From an uncultured bacterium (GTDB taxonomy: Bacteria; Babelota; Babeliae; Babelales; Babelaceae), in assembly GCA_963713855.1 (NCBI GenBank), contig OY970209.1, positions 1,408,001-1,472,000 on the forward strand: a stretch of DNA of 64,000 nucleotides, in the 5' to 3' direction. This document shows, piece after piece, positions 1 through 10,538 of this stretch. The first letter of the stretch is position 1. Each line of letters begins with the position of its first letter. The notes under the pieces were generated by a model that saw only the letters and a program-made list of their open reading frames with translations, was not told the origin of the DNA and searched no databases. The position numbers and the translations under genes were made by a program.

Positions 1-6
1 TACCAG

Positions 7-492
7 ATGCCACATAAGTACGATGAAAAGTTTATGCGTAGAGCCATCGAGCTTAGCGAGATTGGCTCGATTGTCAAAAAGGCAGGTGGTGTTTTTGGCG
101 CTGTTATAGTAAAAGATAATGAGATCGTCGGCGAAGGCTACAATCAGGTAAGGGCCCAAAACGATCCTACCTGGCATGCTGAAATTCAGGCCATACGTGA
201 AGCTTCAAAAAAACTAAAAACTCCCCATCTAAAAGGTTGCGTTCTTTACACTTCTGCAGAATGCTGTCCAATGTGCCTTTGTGCGACATATTGGGCACAT
301 CTTGATCACATCTATTATGCTTCTCAAATGGAAGACGCATTAAAATATGGCGATTTTGAAGACATCAATTTCCTTGCTGAAGTTTGCAAAAAACCACAAG
401 ACCGTATCATTAAGTCTACTCAAGTTATGCGGGAAAGTGCGGTGTCTGTCTGGAAGAAATTCCATGATATGCCCGATAGGCCACGCTATTAA
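7..492 (+). CDS. Zn-dependent nucleoside/guanine deaminase (cytidine/deoxycytidylate deaminase family)
   Basis: HAE and CCPMC zinc motifs; FGAVIVKD and DPTWHAEIQAIREA segments. Confidence 0.9.
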   Translation: MPHKYDEKFMRRAIELSEIGSIVKKAGGVFGAVIVKDNEIVGEGYNQVRAQNDPTWHAEIQAIREASKKLKTPHLKGCVLYTSAECCPMCLCATYWAHLDHIYYASQMEDALKYGDFEDINFLAEVCKKPQDRIIKSTQVMRESAVSVWKKFHDMPDRPRY

Positions 493-513
493 TAGCTAAC
501 ATAGAGGATTTTA

Positions 514-1464
514 ATGTCTGAAAAAGTGGTCACGAACGGTGTAATTTTGGTAACACAAACGCGTGTGAAAGATGGTAAAGACGGTGAATTTGCACAGTGG
601 CAGACCATTCTAAGCAAAGCCATTGCAAAGTTTCCCGGATACACTTCATCTTCTATTACACCGGCAAATCCACCCGTACAGTTGGACTGGGTAATTATGC
701 AGCATTTTGATTCTGCAGAACACGCTAAAACGTGGCTTCAATCGCCCGAGAGGCAAGAACTTTTAAAAAAAGCAAAGGACCTTATAGCGGGTTTTGACGA
801 CGTCTATCTTTTAGACGAAAAAAAAGAAACTCAAAATGCTGTGGTTGCTACAATCACTGCAAAAATAGAACCTCAAGATACTGAAAAATTTTTAGAGTGG
901 CATGCCCGTGTTGCTGCGATTCAATCAACATTCTCTGGGTTTATCGGTGCTCGTTTAGAAAAGCCCCGTCCCGGCATTAATGATTCCTGGATTACTATCT
1001 TAACGTTCGATTCAGATAAGCATCTTGAAGCATGGCTTAAATCTTCAGAACGAAAAAAACTCATCGATGAATTACAAACTTTTAGTAGCGAAAGCCATTT
1101 GCGAAAAGCATACTTCGGATTCGATTTTTGGTTTTCCAAAAATGAATATCGCTCCGTCTGGAAAGAGAACATGCTTGTGTTGCTTACCCTCTATCCTGTA
1201 GTGTTTTTGCTTTCGTATATCACAAAACCTCTCATCGCAAAAGGGCTTCCAAGCTGGCTTGCACTTTTTTTTGGAAACGCCCTATCAACAGCAATTTTGG
1301 GGTGGGTGACTGTACCATGGCTTATGAAAATGTTTAATTGGTGGTTGCACCCATCAGGGCGGTTTTCAAAAAGGCTTACCATTCAGGGAGTTTTAATTGT
1401 TGTCCTATTATATTGCGTGAGTCTATACATTTGTTGGCAACTTTTTACGCATCGAGCACCTTAA
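514..1464 (+). CDS. Membrane protein with two antibiotic biosynthesis monooxygenase (ABM)-like domains
   Basis: Duplicated FPGY/FSGF...FDS..H...WL.S.ER units and three C-terminal hydrophobic helices; starts 21 bp after the deaminase. Confidence 0.8.
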   Translation: MSEKVVTNGVILVTQTRVKDGKDGEFAQWQTILSKAIAKFPGYTSSSITPANPPVQLDWVIMQHFDSAEHAKTWLQSPERQELLKKAKDLIAGFDDVYLLDEKKETQNAVVATITAKIEPQDTEKFLEWHARVAAIQSTFSGFIGARLEKPRPGINDSWITILTFDSDKHLEAWLKSSERKKLIDELQTFSSESHLRKAYFGFDFWFSKNEYRSVWKENMLVLLTLYPVVFLLSYITKPLIAKGLPSWLALFFGNALSTAILGWVTVPWLMKMFNWWLHPSGRFSKRLTIQGVLIVVLLYCVSLYICWQLFTHRAP

Positions 1465-1865
1465 TACTCTTTTTCAAGATTTTTGCACCTCTTGATGTAT
1501 ACTGCAATTCCGATGCAAAGAACTACAATAGCAGCACCGACTTCAGTGTACGCAATTGTAAGCCACGTATCCTTGTTTAATAGGCCCCATTTCTCTCTAC
1601 AAACTCCTTTATCGTTGTTTTTCAAGCAGGTTAAAACTCCGTTATTGTTAACTATGTCTCCAAGACATCTTTCCAAATCAAGTTCGCTTTCATGTTGGCT
1701 TCCATCATTCGCTTTGCATAAACACGATAACAAAAAATCTTTTTTAACGCATTCACTGCAGGAGTCCTTGTATGGCCCTGATGGAAGTGTTTGCCGAGTT
1801 TGAGCAGTTACAACTTGAGTCGATAAAATAAGCGCGAGAAATAACGTTCTAAAAATTGATTTCAT
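1461..1865 (-). CDS. Cyanovirin-N-like (CVNH) repeat protein with signal peptide and C-terminal TM, paralog 1
   Basis: GPYKDSC..C......LSCLCKANDG...SELDL..C.GDI.N.NGVL.C. Start moved to the ATG at 1865, behind a GGGGAGG RBS. Confidence 0.75.
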   Translation of the reverse strand: MKSIFRTLFLALILSTQVVTAQTRQTLPSGPYKDSCSECVKKDFLLSCLCKANDGSQHESELDLERCLGDIVNNNGVLTCLKNNDKGVCREKWGLLNKDTWLTIAYTEVGAAIVVLCIGIAVYIKRCKNLEKEY

Positions 1866-1994
1866 AGTATCCTCCCCATCTGCTGGCAGCTCTTTATACA
1901 TCTCGCCACATAAGCCGTCCCCGCTTTAAGCAAACATAAAATCAAACGGTCGACTTCTAGCTATCTGCAATTCGTATAATTAACCATTGACCGT

Positions 1995-2405
1995 TTAAGC
2001 AGCTTTTTTACTTTTGAATGCTATTATCCCTTGACGAATCGTAAAGAAAAGAAGCCCTAACCCACCCATGATAGCAACAGATCCAGCAATTACATATGTC
2101 TGCTTGCTCATGCGCCAGCCGGTTTTGTCCCTGCAAACCCCTTCCACATATTTGGGTGAACATTGTAGTACACCATTCTCATTAATTATATCCCCCGGAC
2201 AAGTTTCTAAGTCAAATTGACTTTCATTCTGGCGCCCATCGTTAGCTTTACATAAACAGGATAGCAGATGCTCTTTTTTAACGCATTCAGTACAGGAGTC
2301 CCTGTACGGCCCAGGTGGCATGAGAAATTGTATTGCCTCTTGAGCCACTACGACTTGTGGCGCTAAAAAGAGTGCGAGAAATAATGCTGTAAAAAGTGCT
2401 TTCAT
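1995..2405 (-). CDS. CVNH-like repeat protein with signal peptide and C-terminal TM, paralog 2
   Basis: Same Cys pattern as paralog 1; ATG at 2405 behind AAAGGA; TM followed by a basic tail. Confidence 0.75.
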   Translation of the reverse strand: MKALFTALFLALFLAPQVVVAQEAIQFLMPPGPYRDSCTECVKKEHLLSCLCKANDGRQNESQFDLETCPGDIINENGVLQCSPKYVEGVCRDKTGWRMSKQTYVIAGSVAIMGGLGLLFFTIRQGIIAFKSKKAA

Positions 2406-2547
2406 ACTTTTTCCTTTCAAACTCACTCCGATAAGCGTAGTTCAAAGTTACAATCAAGTCTAGCAATGTATATGAGCTTCCTACTCTATACCAATAACGT
2501 TCTGGGGCTTACGAAATTAGTTCATGCTCTATTTTTGGATTTCATGC

Positions 2548-2913
2548 TTATTGGCGAACCTCAAGTTCCTTGACACGCGCTTTTAGCAAAAGATAAATGA
2601 ATCCACCACAAACAAACGCGCCTAGGTTTCCAAGAGCAATATAGAGAGTCGTTTTCCCATCGCTTCTAGGCGAAGATTTTAAAACACCATTATCGTTAAT
2701 TATCTCATGGATACAAGATTCGCAATCTAGCTCGCTTATTTGCAAGCTTCCATCAATTTTCTCACATAGGCACGATAACAAATGGGCCTTTTTAACACAC
2801 TCACGGCAGGAATTTTGGTAAGGACCGGCTGGAAGAAAAAGCTGTAAATTTTGAGCCATGACTTGAGGTGTAAAAATCAGTGCGAATACTAACGCTTTAA
2901 GAATTGCTTTCAT
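2548..2913 (-). CDS. CVNH-like repeat protein with signal peptide and C-terminal TM, paralog 3
   Basis: GPYQNSCRECVKK..LLSCLC...DG....SELD; lacks the Cys after NGVL and the GVCR segment. Confidence 0.72.
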   Translation of the reverse strand: MKAILKALVFALIFTPQVMAQNLQLFLPAGPYQNSCRECVKKAHLLSCLCEKIDGSLQISELDCESCIHEIINDNGVLKSSPRSDGKTTLYIALGNLGAFVCGGFIYLLLKARVKELEVRQ

Positions 2914-3106
2914 ACTTTCCTTTCCAATGCACGAGAAACCTCCAACAGAGTAGCCTTTACAAGAATAAAGTCTAGTCCTTGGTTATCCCTAGGATTGAGC
3001 AACTAAAGCATGATTTATTGAAGCTTATAGCAGAAGATAAATTTGCATCGCTTCCAGAAAAAGTGGCCATCATAGCTAATGCGACTAACCCTACATTTTT
3101 TCAAGG

Positions 3107-4359
3107 CTATTTTATCTGTCTTGCAATCTCGATTCCTTTGCCGACAGGAGCTGCACCAGCTTGGTTAATGGCAACGAACATGGCAAGGTCTTTATCTGGA
3201 TTGAGGATAAGGGCCGTGCTAAATCCAGCCGTCTCGCCATCTTTAAAAATTACAGGTCTAAGGTCAGACCTACTTGCATCGCCCACATTATTGATCCAGG
3301 CCATAGCTTGCTTATTATAGGCCTTTGGCATAGTATAGATAGGTCTTTGAGCATCCTTCATAGCTCTTATGAGGTCTGCAGGCATACTCTTTCCATTTAC
3401 CGTTCTATGACCAATATTAGCTTCAGCAAAACTAAGCATGTCACGAGGTGTCGAACGAAACCCACCAGCCGCGTACCAGGCAAAGACAGGCCAGCTAGGA
3501 GCTATTGCGCCATCTTTAAGATGCCCTTGCGCCAAGCGTGCTTGCTGCTCCGTTGTTGGATACAGTGTCGTATCTACCATGCCAAGCGGTCTTATAATCT
3601 CTGCTGTTACTTGATTCTCCCAAGACTTTCCTGTCGCTGTTTCAAGCAAGTAGCCTAATAACCCTACGCCCGAATTGGAGTAGAGGAAAGGAGCAGGAAT
3701 TGGTGTTGTGGGCGTCCAACTTGAAATCCAGGTTAGAAAGTCATTAGCTGTGTATTCTTTTATGCTTCTTTGTTCAAGTTTTGCAGGTATATTTGTTGGA
3801 TCATCAGGTAAGCCGGATGTAAAATCTGCAAGCTCAAGTGGAGTCATGGCCTGCGCTGCTGGCTTTAAGGTATAACCCTTTGGCATATAATTTTGTACCG
3901 ATACATTTGGGTAAATCTGATTACGATTAATTGCAAGAGCAAATAACGTGGTCGTAAATACTTTGGTATTGGATCCGATTTCGACAAGCGTATCAGGCGT
4001 AAATGGGGAGAGGCAGTGGCTGAGCCATAGCTAAAAAAGTACCGCTCACCACGTAATGACACAGCTACAATAGCTCCAGCAAGATTTTCTTTAAGAAGGT
4101 ACGGCTTCATGATGGCGTCAACAGTCTCTTTAACTGTTGGAGAAGAATCATCAAGCATCTTTACCGAGACAGCGGCAGATGCAACACTGCTTGATACATT
4201 TTGACTGACCGATTGTTGATTGGCCAACGTGGGCAATAGCGTCGGATTCGTCACGTGGGGCATTAGCGTACCCTGTTCACTTAGATGCGACTCACGAGCC
4301 ACTTTACACGTCATATTGCTAACTATCATCAATGCCAAAAAAAATAGTATAGTATTCAC
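3107..4359 (-). pseudogene. Class C beta-lactamase-like serine hydrolase, frameshifted
   Basis: The upstream frame gives a signal peptide and GAIVAVS...FSYG. A frame change near 4005-4015 gives PFTPDTLVEIGSNTK (SxxK), continuing to YSN and KDG. Confidence 0.85.
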
Positions 4360-4436
4360 AACAATCCTTATGCTTTAAGGTAATGGTGTTAACCTATCTA
4401 ATATCTTTCTTGAGCGTCAAGAGTAGTTGGCTTCAC

Positions 4437-4691
4437 TTAATCTATAACAGGGTCTGTATATTTTTTTGCTTTTTTGGAACGTCTTAAAACGAGTCTAATG
4501 TCCCCCTGTAAACTTCATAATTTGTACGAACTCCCAACCTTGGGAATCAAAATCATTCACTACTTGCGTGAGTTCAGTTTCTTCAAAAGCACCGGCATCT
4601 GAGAAAAAGAATTTAAAAATTGACATAGAGCTCAAATCACTCGGGTTTGGGCCGCCTTAAGTATAAACCTCACAATCTTGTATTCGAACAT
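4437..4691 (-). pseudogene. Degraded small DUF4177-like gene
   Basis: Collinear minus-strand pieces separated by frameshifts: MFEYKIVRF / ELTQVVNDFDSQGWEFVQI / IRLVLRRSK. Confidence 0.55.
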
Positions 4692-4910
4692 AAAAGCACC
4701 ATCACAGCAGAATATTTGAAGTTGCTCTATTAATTTTACTATTCATTTTTTAAGGTTGCTAGTAGCAAGTTATTTACGAATAAATGAATTCGGCTTATAA
4801 AACTAACTGTTCCATAAAAATAGTTTTTCCATTTTACAGCTCATCTTTTAGCAGTTTACTACTATTATTTTTCATAGTATAATTACACACAAAAAACTAA
4901 GAGAAATCAA

Positions 4911-5834
4911 ATGAGAAAAATAATTGTAGCTTTCATTCTTGGAAGTGCAGCCTTGACTTCGGCAGGGAAGGTTGAACCTGCTCCTGATTTACCTCAGGTA
5001 TTGGCCGCAGCTCAGCGCGGCTTTCTTGAAGGCATAGCAGAAGAGCCTAAAATCATTGCTGCTTGTTTAAAAAAGTCATCAGATGATGTTACACAATGGC
5101 TTTATGATGTAGCAAACAAGGACATTATACATTTTTCTCTCTTGCTGCCGCGCGCTCAAGCATGCTTTTTTTCCGGATTTGCAACAACTCTTTTCATTCT
5201 TGAGATTTTAGTAAGACGTATTTCTGATGAGATACCAACTTTACTAATGGCTGGTCTTACAAAATACGCAAGACTTTTAGCTCTTATAGCTCTGATAAGC
5301 AGTTTTCTTGTTAGCCTTGGCGATAATGAACAACCACATTGGTATGAATACCTTAAAGGATTCGGTCAGGGCCAAGCCGAACCACTGCGCCCTTTTTTAC
5401 AAGCTTTAGTACCTCTAATAGCAGCCTTACCTAAATTTTTCGATGCTATAGAAACCGCCTTTCCACCACAGCAAGGACTAATCTGGGCTTCTAAGCTATA
5501 TCAAAAAGGGAAAAAATCGTTACAATCCCAACCAGCCACCATACAAACTTCTTATTCTACTAGTTTTGTATTCGCAAATATCTTAACACTCGGTCTGTGG
5601 AGTTACATTGTATATCATAGCCTGAAAAGAAATTTACCGAGATTTAGAACTATTCAAGATGAGCGATTGAGTCAAGTGTATTTTATCGCATTTATTCTCT
5701 TTCCTACTGCATGCGCTTTATCATCGGTCTATAAAACTTATTCGAGAACAAAAGTCCTTTATGAGTACTTCGTATTTGACAGTAAGATATATTTCGTGTC
5801 TCTTCCTGAGTCTAGGATAGTGTCTCCCTCCTGA
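4911..5834 (+). CDS. Hypothetical multi-TM membrane protein with signal peptide
   Basis: 307 aa ORF, N-terminal signal-like sequence, several hydrophobic helices. Confidence 0.65.
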   Translation: MRKIIVAFILGSAALTSAGKVEPAPDLPQVLAAAQRGFLEGIAEEPKIIAACLKKSSDDVTQWLYDVANKDIIHFSLLLPRAQACFFSGFATTLFILEILVRRISDEIPTLLMAGLTKYARLLALIALISSFLVSLGDNEQPHWYEYLKGFGQGQAEPLRPFLQALVPLIAALPKFFDAIETAFPPQQGLIWASKLYQKGKKSLQSQPATIQTSYSTSFVFANILTLGLWSYIVYHSLKRNLPRFRTIQDERLSQVYFIAFILFPTACALSSVYKTYSRTKVLYEYFVFDSKIYFVSLPESRIVSPS

Positions 5835-7243
5835 CCCAGAAATAATTTTGTCTCGATCGACTCCAACCAGTCGCGATCTATGCTTTCAAATTTTCTTATA
5901 ACTGGTTTATTATATCGTTCTCGAAGAAAATTATAGCTATACAGTGCTTGTTTTTTATCATCTTCATTTTGATGATTAGATAAATGGCTGATAACACGTG
6001 ATAGTAAGTCCAATGTTTGATCCTTGCCCTGTATGACTTCCGCTTTCCAACTATCAAAAAGCAGTTCTTTCCAACGCTCATACTCTCGCTTTTCTTTTTG
6101 GAGCACTTCCTGATATTTCTTTTTCAACACGGATCCCATAATCGTTTTTTTTGCAAGTTTTGGAAAAAGTTCCTCGGTTTGCAAAGGCACACATTTGCCC
6201 CGATTTTTCCACTCGTTAAGCGCCTTAATAACATCAATGCCATGGTCTTTCAAAAAACCAGCCATATAAAAAACACGTTCAACGTTTGAAGGATGGGGAG
6301 AGATAAAAATGCATCTTTCTGAATGAATTGGAGAATCAGTTTGTTTAGCCCAAATATCCATCATCTGTAAGATGGGGCTTATTTTGCGCTGCTCAAAAAG
6401 CTTATCAAGCATAAACAAGTCTGCGCGCCTTTCCTTTGAAAACCTGTAAAATGCTTCTTCGTCTTGCGTTAATTCATCCCAAATTGGTTCGTCTGGATGG
6501 CCAGTTAGGAGCTTACTGATCTCGAGATTGTGAGAGCTCTCAAATATTTTTTTGCCTATTAAACTATAGCGCTCGATTCTTTTAAGATCGTTCAGAAAAG
6601 ATTTTTTACTAATAAGGTCGTCGATTGATTTGATGCCTCGTTCCAGTTGCCTCTTGGAAAAACCATCCTTATTATGAATGTGGCCCAATTCATGATAAAG
6701 AGCAAACAATAAACTATCCGTATCGGGAGAGGTTTTACACAAAGCAACATAGGGAGTTTTCATACCTAGACCTGAATAGGCCTGATAACCGGATTTAGCA
6801 GACGTTGCTAAAGTAATGACGTCGCCAGTCAATTCCGTTTTTTGCTGAGCTTTTTTGGACAGCTCTAAAAGTTCAAGAGTGGGATATTCCCATCCTTCAT
6901 GCTCTTCTATCAATGTAAGTGTTTCAATTTCTTGTCTGAGATCATCTAAAAATGGTTTAGAAATGTCTTTAACTGATTCTGCTTTTGAAAAACCTAAAAA
7001 TTCTCGCAAAAAATTGTAAGCACGCAGTATGTCAGTTTCATCACTTGAATCTTTTTGAGCTCTTTGTTCAGATTCTATGAAATCTAACACTTTTGCAATG
7101 CCACTAATAAATGTTGGTGATTTATCCTTATAAGCCTCATTGACCTCATGCTCCAACTTTTGAAACGGCAATGAGGATGTATCTGCCTGCACGTAGCAGG
7201 AAGATATCAAAAAAAGTAAAAGCTTGAAGATCGAAACCCTCAT
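5759..7243 (-). CDS. Exported M48-like zinc metallopeptidase flanked by two YNxLR motifs
   Basis: Signal peptide; LYHELGH (HEXXH), ERRAD and HPSNVER. Confidence 0.7.
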   Translation of the reverse strand: MRVSIFKLLLFLISSCYVQADTSSLPFQKLEHEVNEAYKDKSPTFISGIAKVLDFIESEQRAQKDSSDETDILRAYNFLREFLGFSKAESVKDISKPFLDDLRQEIETLTLIEEHEGWEYPTLELLELSKKAQQKTELTGDVITLATSAKSGYQAYSGLGMKTPYVALCKTSPDTDSLLFALYHELGHIHNKDGFSKRQLERGIKSIDDLISKKSFLNDLKRIERYSLIGKKIFESSHNLEISKLLTGHPDEPIWDELTQDEEAFYRFSKERRADLFMLDKLFEQRKISPILQMMDIWAKQTDSPIHSERCIFISPHPSNVERVFYMAGFLKDHGIDVIKALNEWKNRGKCVPLQTEELFPKLAKKTIMGSVLKKKYQEVLQKEKREYERWKELLFDSWKAEVIQGKDQTLDLLSRVISHLSNHQNEDDKKQALYSYNFLRERYNKPVIRKFESIDRDWLESIETKLFLGQEGDTILDSGRDTKYILLSNTKYS

Positions 7244-7244
7244 G

Positions 7245-8021
7245 TTAGACCTTTAAAAGCAAGTGTGATTCAGTACTATTTTTATACGAGGTCTTAGCTC
7301 CATCTTTAGCAGCGTCAACTGCCTTAACTATGGCTCGTACTTCCTCTATACTAAGTGCCCACACACATGGATCCCCATCCCATTTTTTTTCTTGCATCTT
7401 GAAGAGCAAATAATCTGAGAAAGTAGTTTCGCGCAAGCGGCAATTATAACTTTCAAAGCATTCTTGCCATTTAACCACATCTTCAATCATGTTTGGATCG
7501 TCGATGTGCTCAATCAAGAAGAACAGCATAGGTCTGACATAATCGTGAGTTATACACCATTGGTAGTCGACCCATTCAATCACGTTGACTAATGATTGCG
7601 CTGTCACACGTGCACCTTGCGCAAGAAGGCTCGCGCTTTGAGCTCGATTTAGCCCACGCGCAGCCTTTGCTAACGCTTTATCAAGCGGGGATGCAAATCC
7701 CTTAAAAGTCTTTTTTTCGTCTTGTTTTTTGAATGAGTAAAATGGCGATTCTTGCATCTTTGGTTGCTCACTTACCCCGAACAATGAGTTATAAAAGGCT
7801 TGCCCTTTTACAAATTCATCGTGGGCTTCTTTGTAGTCACCTCTTTTATCAGGATGGCATTTGAGCACAAAGTCCTTGTAAGCCTTTTTTATTTCATGTA
7901 TAGAACTGGATGAGGTGACTTCAGGATGCGCACAATCTATCGTTTTTGTCTGAGTTTTGATTGTTGAGAGAGAGATGAATAAAAGGATAAGAAAAAATGA
8001 GTATAAGCCCTTAAAAAGCAT
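7245..8021 (-). CDS. Signal-peptide protein with N-terminal J-domain
   Basis: EIKKAYKDFVLKCHPDK (HPD motif); ATG at 8021 behind AAGGAG; stop lies next to the start of the M48-like gene. Confidence 0.75.
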   Translation of the reverse strand: MLFKGLYSFFLILLFISLSTIKTQTKTIDCAHPEVTSSSSIHEIKKAYKDFVLKCHPDKRGDYKEAHDEFVKGQAFYNSLFGVSEQPKMQESPFYSFKKQDEKKTFKGFASPLDKALAKAARGLNRAQSASLLAQGARVTAQSLVNVIEWVDYQWCITHDYVRPMLFFLIEHIDDPNMIEDVVKWQECFESYNCRLRETTFSDYLLFKMQEKKWDGDPCVWALSIEEVRAIVKAVDAAKDGAKTSYKNSTESHLLLKV

Positions 8022-8211
8022 TTTAAACTCCTTCAACTACTTTAACTTTTTATTCAATTTCATAATAGCAAATATTATAAAATAAAGCGATACGAAAAAG
8101 ACAGTCACAGGATCAAGATGATGCTTTGTAGCTTTAAACCCATGCGATTCCTACATTGATCGCTTTGTCAAGACAATGAGCGATTCGATATTGACGTACA
8201 AGCCCAAGAAT

Positions 8212-8574
8212 TTATGCTGATGCGTAGAATGAAGAGACTTTATATGTCTTACAAGTATCATCAGCTGCGACCTTCGATGAGGCTGTCAATTTTTTACCTT
8301 CACTTACTTGGGTGACAGCAAGCAAGAGCCCGCTCAAGGGATCATAAGCATTAAGTGTGACGGCGGCGTTAAATAATTGATTTTCTCCTGGCTTGATACT
8401 CACCGACTGAATCCCCTTAGGTATGCCCTTCAATGTGGAAAAAAGAGCCGCCTTAGTACTGTAAGCTGTATCGTTCAGAACGTTTATGCAAACGCTCTTT
8501 TCTATAACACCGGGTATTAGTCCCTGTGCAGAGCTGCAAATAGCTAATAAGGCTAGGTATACGTATTTTTTCAT
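8212..8574 (-). CDS. Small exported hypothetical protein
   Basis: Signal peptide, AGGAG RBS, two Cys in the mature part. Confidence 0.7.
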   Translation of the reverse strand: MKKYVYLALLAICSSAQGLIPGVIEKSVCINVLNDTAYSTKAALFSTLKGIPKGIQSVSIKPGENQLFNAAVTLNAYDPLSGLLLAVTQVSEGKKLTASSKVAADDTCKTYKVSSFYASA

Positions 8575-8644
8575 TCTATTCTCCTTTAATATGGTGGCTG
8601 AGCGCGATTTTAATACTCCTTAAATACATTTCAGCGTGCTGATC

Positions 8645-9073
8645 TTAAGCGCATGGCACCCAGGACGCAACAAATTTTCCTTTAGAATCCTTGTTAATAT
8701 AGATAGTAAGTGGATGGAAAGTAGCCTTACAAAATGCACGCGGATCCAAAGAAACCCGTTGTGACACACTCGCAGCGTAGAATAGAGGAAACATACTTGG
8801 CGTACTTGATCCTGAAGAAACATTAAGATAGTTTGCGCAACAACCGATAGGTGTTGAGGTGTAGACCGTTGATAATTGACCACTCGTTTGGCCAGCCTTG
8901 AGTGTAGTGGATGCATTACTACATCCGCCAAGACCACCGAGTAAATTCCCGCCAATCATTTCCACCTTGATTGTTTCATTCTTGAGGCAGTTAACCACAT
9001 AGTAACTATACCCTCTGGCCGACGCAGCTAGAAACAACATCCCGACGCAAAATAGCAAGGAAAAAAGTTTCAT
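8645..9073 (-). CDS. Small exported Cys-containing hypothetical protein
   Basis: Signal peptide, AAGGAG RBS, six Cys in the mature part. Confidence 0.7.
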   Translation of the reverse strand: MKLFSLLFCVGMLFLAASARGYSYYVVNCLKNETIKVEMIGGNLLGGLGGCSNASTTLKAGQTSGQLSTVYTSTPIGCCANYLNVSSGSSTPSMFPLFYAASVSQRVSLDPRAFCKATFHPLTIYINKDSKGKFVASWVPCA

Positions 9074-9173
9074 TTACTCTCCTTCTATCATTTAATTAAT
9101 TTAATAATAAACTATTTTGATTAAAAAGAGCAAGAATTAGGAGGTCGAAGAGTGCATAGATCTGCATACAGCC

Positions 9174-9857
9174 TTACTTTTGCTGAGCCAATAAATCCAG
9201 GAGTGCTTTGGCAGCCGGTCCTGACGATGCGGGATTCTGTCCAGTCACAAGGCGTCCATCAACAAGTACAAAGCTATGCCAATCTGGTGCCTTTTGGTAG
9301 ATAGCGCCCACTCTTTTAAGCTCATCTTCGACCAGAAAGGGAACAACCTTGGTCAAGTGCATGGCTTCTTCTTCGCCATCGGTAAAGCCCGTCACTCGCT
9401 TGCCTTTTATGAGTAAGGCATCGTTAATTCTTACTCGATGGAGCACACCGGAAGCGTGACAGACTGCTGCAACAGGTTTTCCTGAGTTATAAAAAGACTC
9501 AATGAGATCAATCGCATCAGGATTATCGACAATGTCCCACATCGGGCCATGTCCACCCACAAAAAAAACAGTATCAAAATCTTTGGCTTTCATGTCAGCT
9601 AGCTTAGCTGTTTGAGAAAGCGCTTTTTGTGCAACCTTATCTTGCTTGAAGCGTGCCATCGCAGGAGTTTGATTTTCTGGTAGATCGCTTTTAGGGTCTA
9701 CAGGTGGTTGACCACCTTTTGGTGAGGCAAGCGTTACGTCTGCTCCGGCATCCCTAAATACAAAATAAGGAGCTGCAAATTCTTCAAGCCAAAACCCGGT
9801 CTTGCGACCAGTGTTACCTAGTTGATCGTGCGATGTCAGTACCATAAGGATCTTCAT
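9174..9857 (-). CDS. DJ-1/PfpI family (glyoxalase III/Hsp31-like) protein
   Basis: KILMVLTSH, TGFWLEE, GGHGPMWD, AAVCH, VTGQNPAS. Start placed at the ATG at 9857. Confidence 0.92.
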   Translation of the reverse strand: MKILMVLTSHDQLGNTGRKTGFWLEEFAAPYFVFRDAGADVTLASPKGGQPPVDPKSDLPENQTPAMARFKQDKVAQKALSQTAKLADMKAKDFDTVFFVGGHGPMWDIVDNPDAIDLIESFYNSGKPVAAVCHASGVLHRVRINDALLIKGKRVTGFTDGEEEAMHLTKVVPFLVEDELKRVGAIYQKAPDWHSFVLVDGRLVTGQNPASSGPAAKALLDLLAQQK

Positions 9858-9916
9858 GCTCGTTTTCTCCTGCCCTTCTTTATAGGTTGATTTTACATTG
9901 CTTAAAAAGTAACCTT

Positions 9917-10438
9917 TCAACGGTCCAGTGAGTTACTAACCTTATTAATCTCTTTAAGCTCTTCGATTCGCACACTAGCAAGTCCATGACCGGGTGAATG
10001 CATAACATAGATTTTTGAGTCAGCTATATCGGGCTGCCAGCCATATGAAACTTTTGCTTCTCCGCTAAACATGCTGTAGGTTATTTTCCCCACAAAACAA
10101 ACAACCAAGGGTCGATACTTTTTGATAGCACTAAGTATTCGCTTGCTGTTTGGTAAAGCCTCTACTCTTTTAAGCTCGCTAGCAGTCCGTGTGGCCCTGT
10201 CTACCACGTTCAGTAAGCCGAGCCTATATTTGTTCTTAAAATCTCGCAAAAAAAGCCGCTTTAGTAGTACATCATTTTTTAATTGCGAGCGCGTTTCTGG
10301 TAAAAGGCCCGCTTCATGAAGGAGATACCAAAACAATTTATTATTGGAATAAGGTATGCCACGGCTATAAGAACCAGGGTGTGGATTAATACCTACGAAT
10401 AAAATCTTTAAGCCATAACCGACTTGATACTGTATCAT
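9917..10438 (-). CDS. mug: G/U mismatch-specific uracil-DNA glycosylase (MUG/TDG family)
   Basis: LKILFVGINP, N.FW.LL..AG, GL.NVV.R.T, VCFVGK. Start is approximate. Confidence 0.8.
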   Translation of the reverse strand: MIQYQVGYGLKILFVGINPHPGSYSRGIPYSNNKLFWYLLHEAGLLPETRSQLKNDVLLKRLFLRDFKNKYRLGLLNVVDRATRTASELKRVEALPNSKRILSAIKKYRPLVVCFVGKITYSMFSGEAKVSYGWQPDIADSKIYVMHSPGHGLASVRIEELKEINKVSNSLDR

Positions 10439-10538
10439 TATTAGCCTTACATTCACCAAAGGTTTTACGAAACTATACCATAAAAGCTGATGTATCATAC
10501 GTAAAAAAAACTAAATTACGTAAAGCACCCGTGACATA

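Noticed and set aside
5759..5834. 76 bp overlap of convergent genes
   Set aside because: Most simply a stop-codon shift in one gene; no sign of function.
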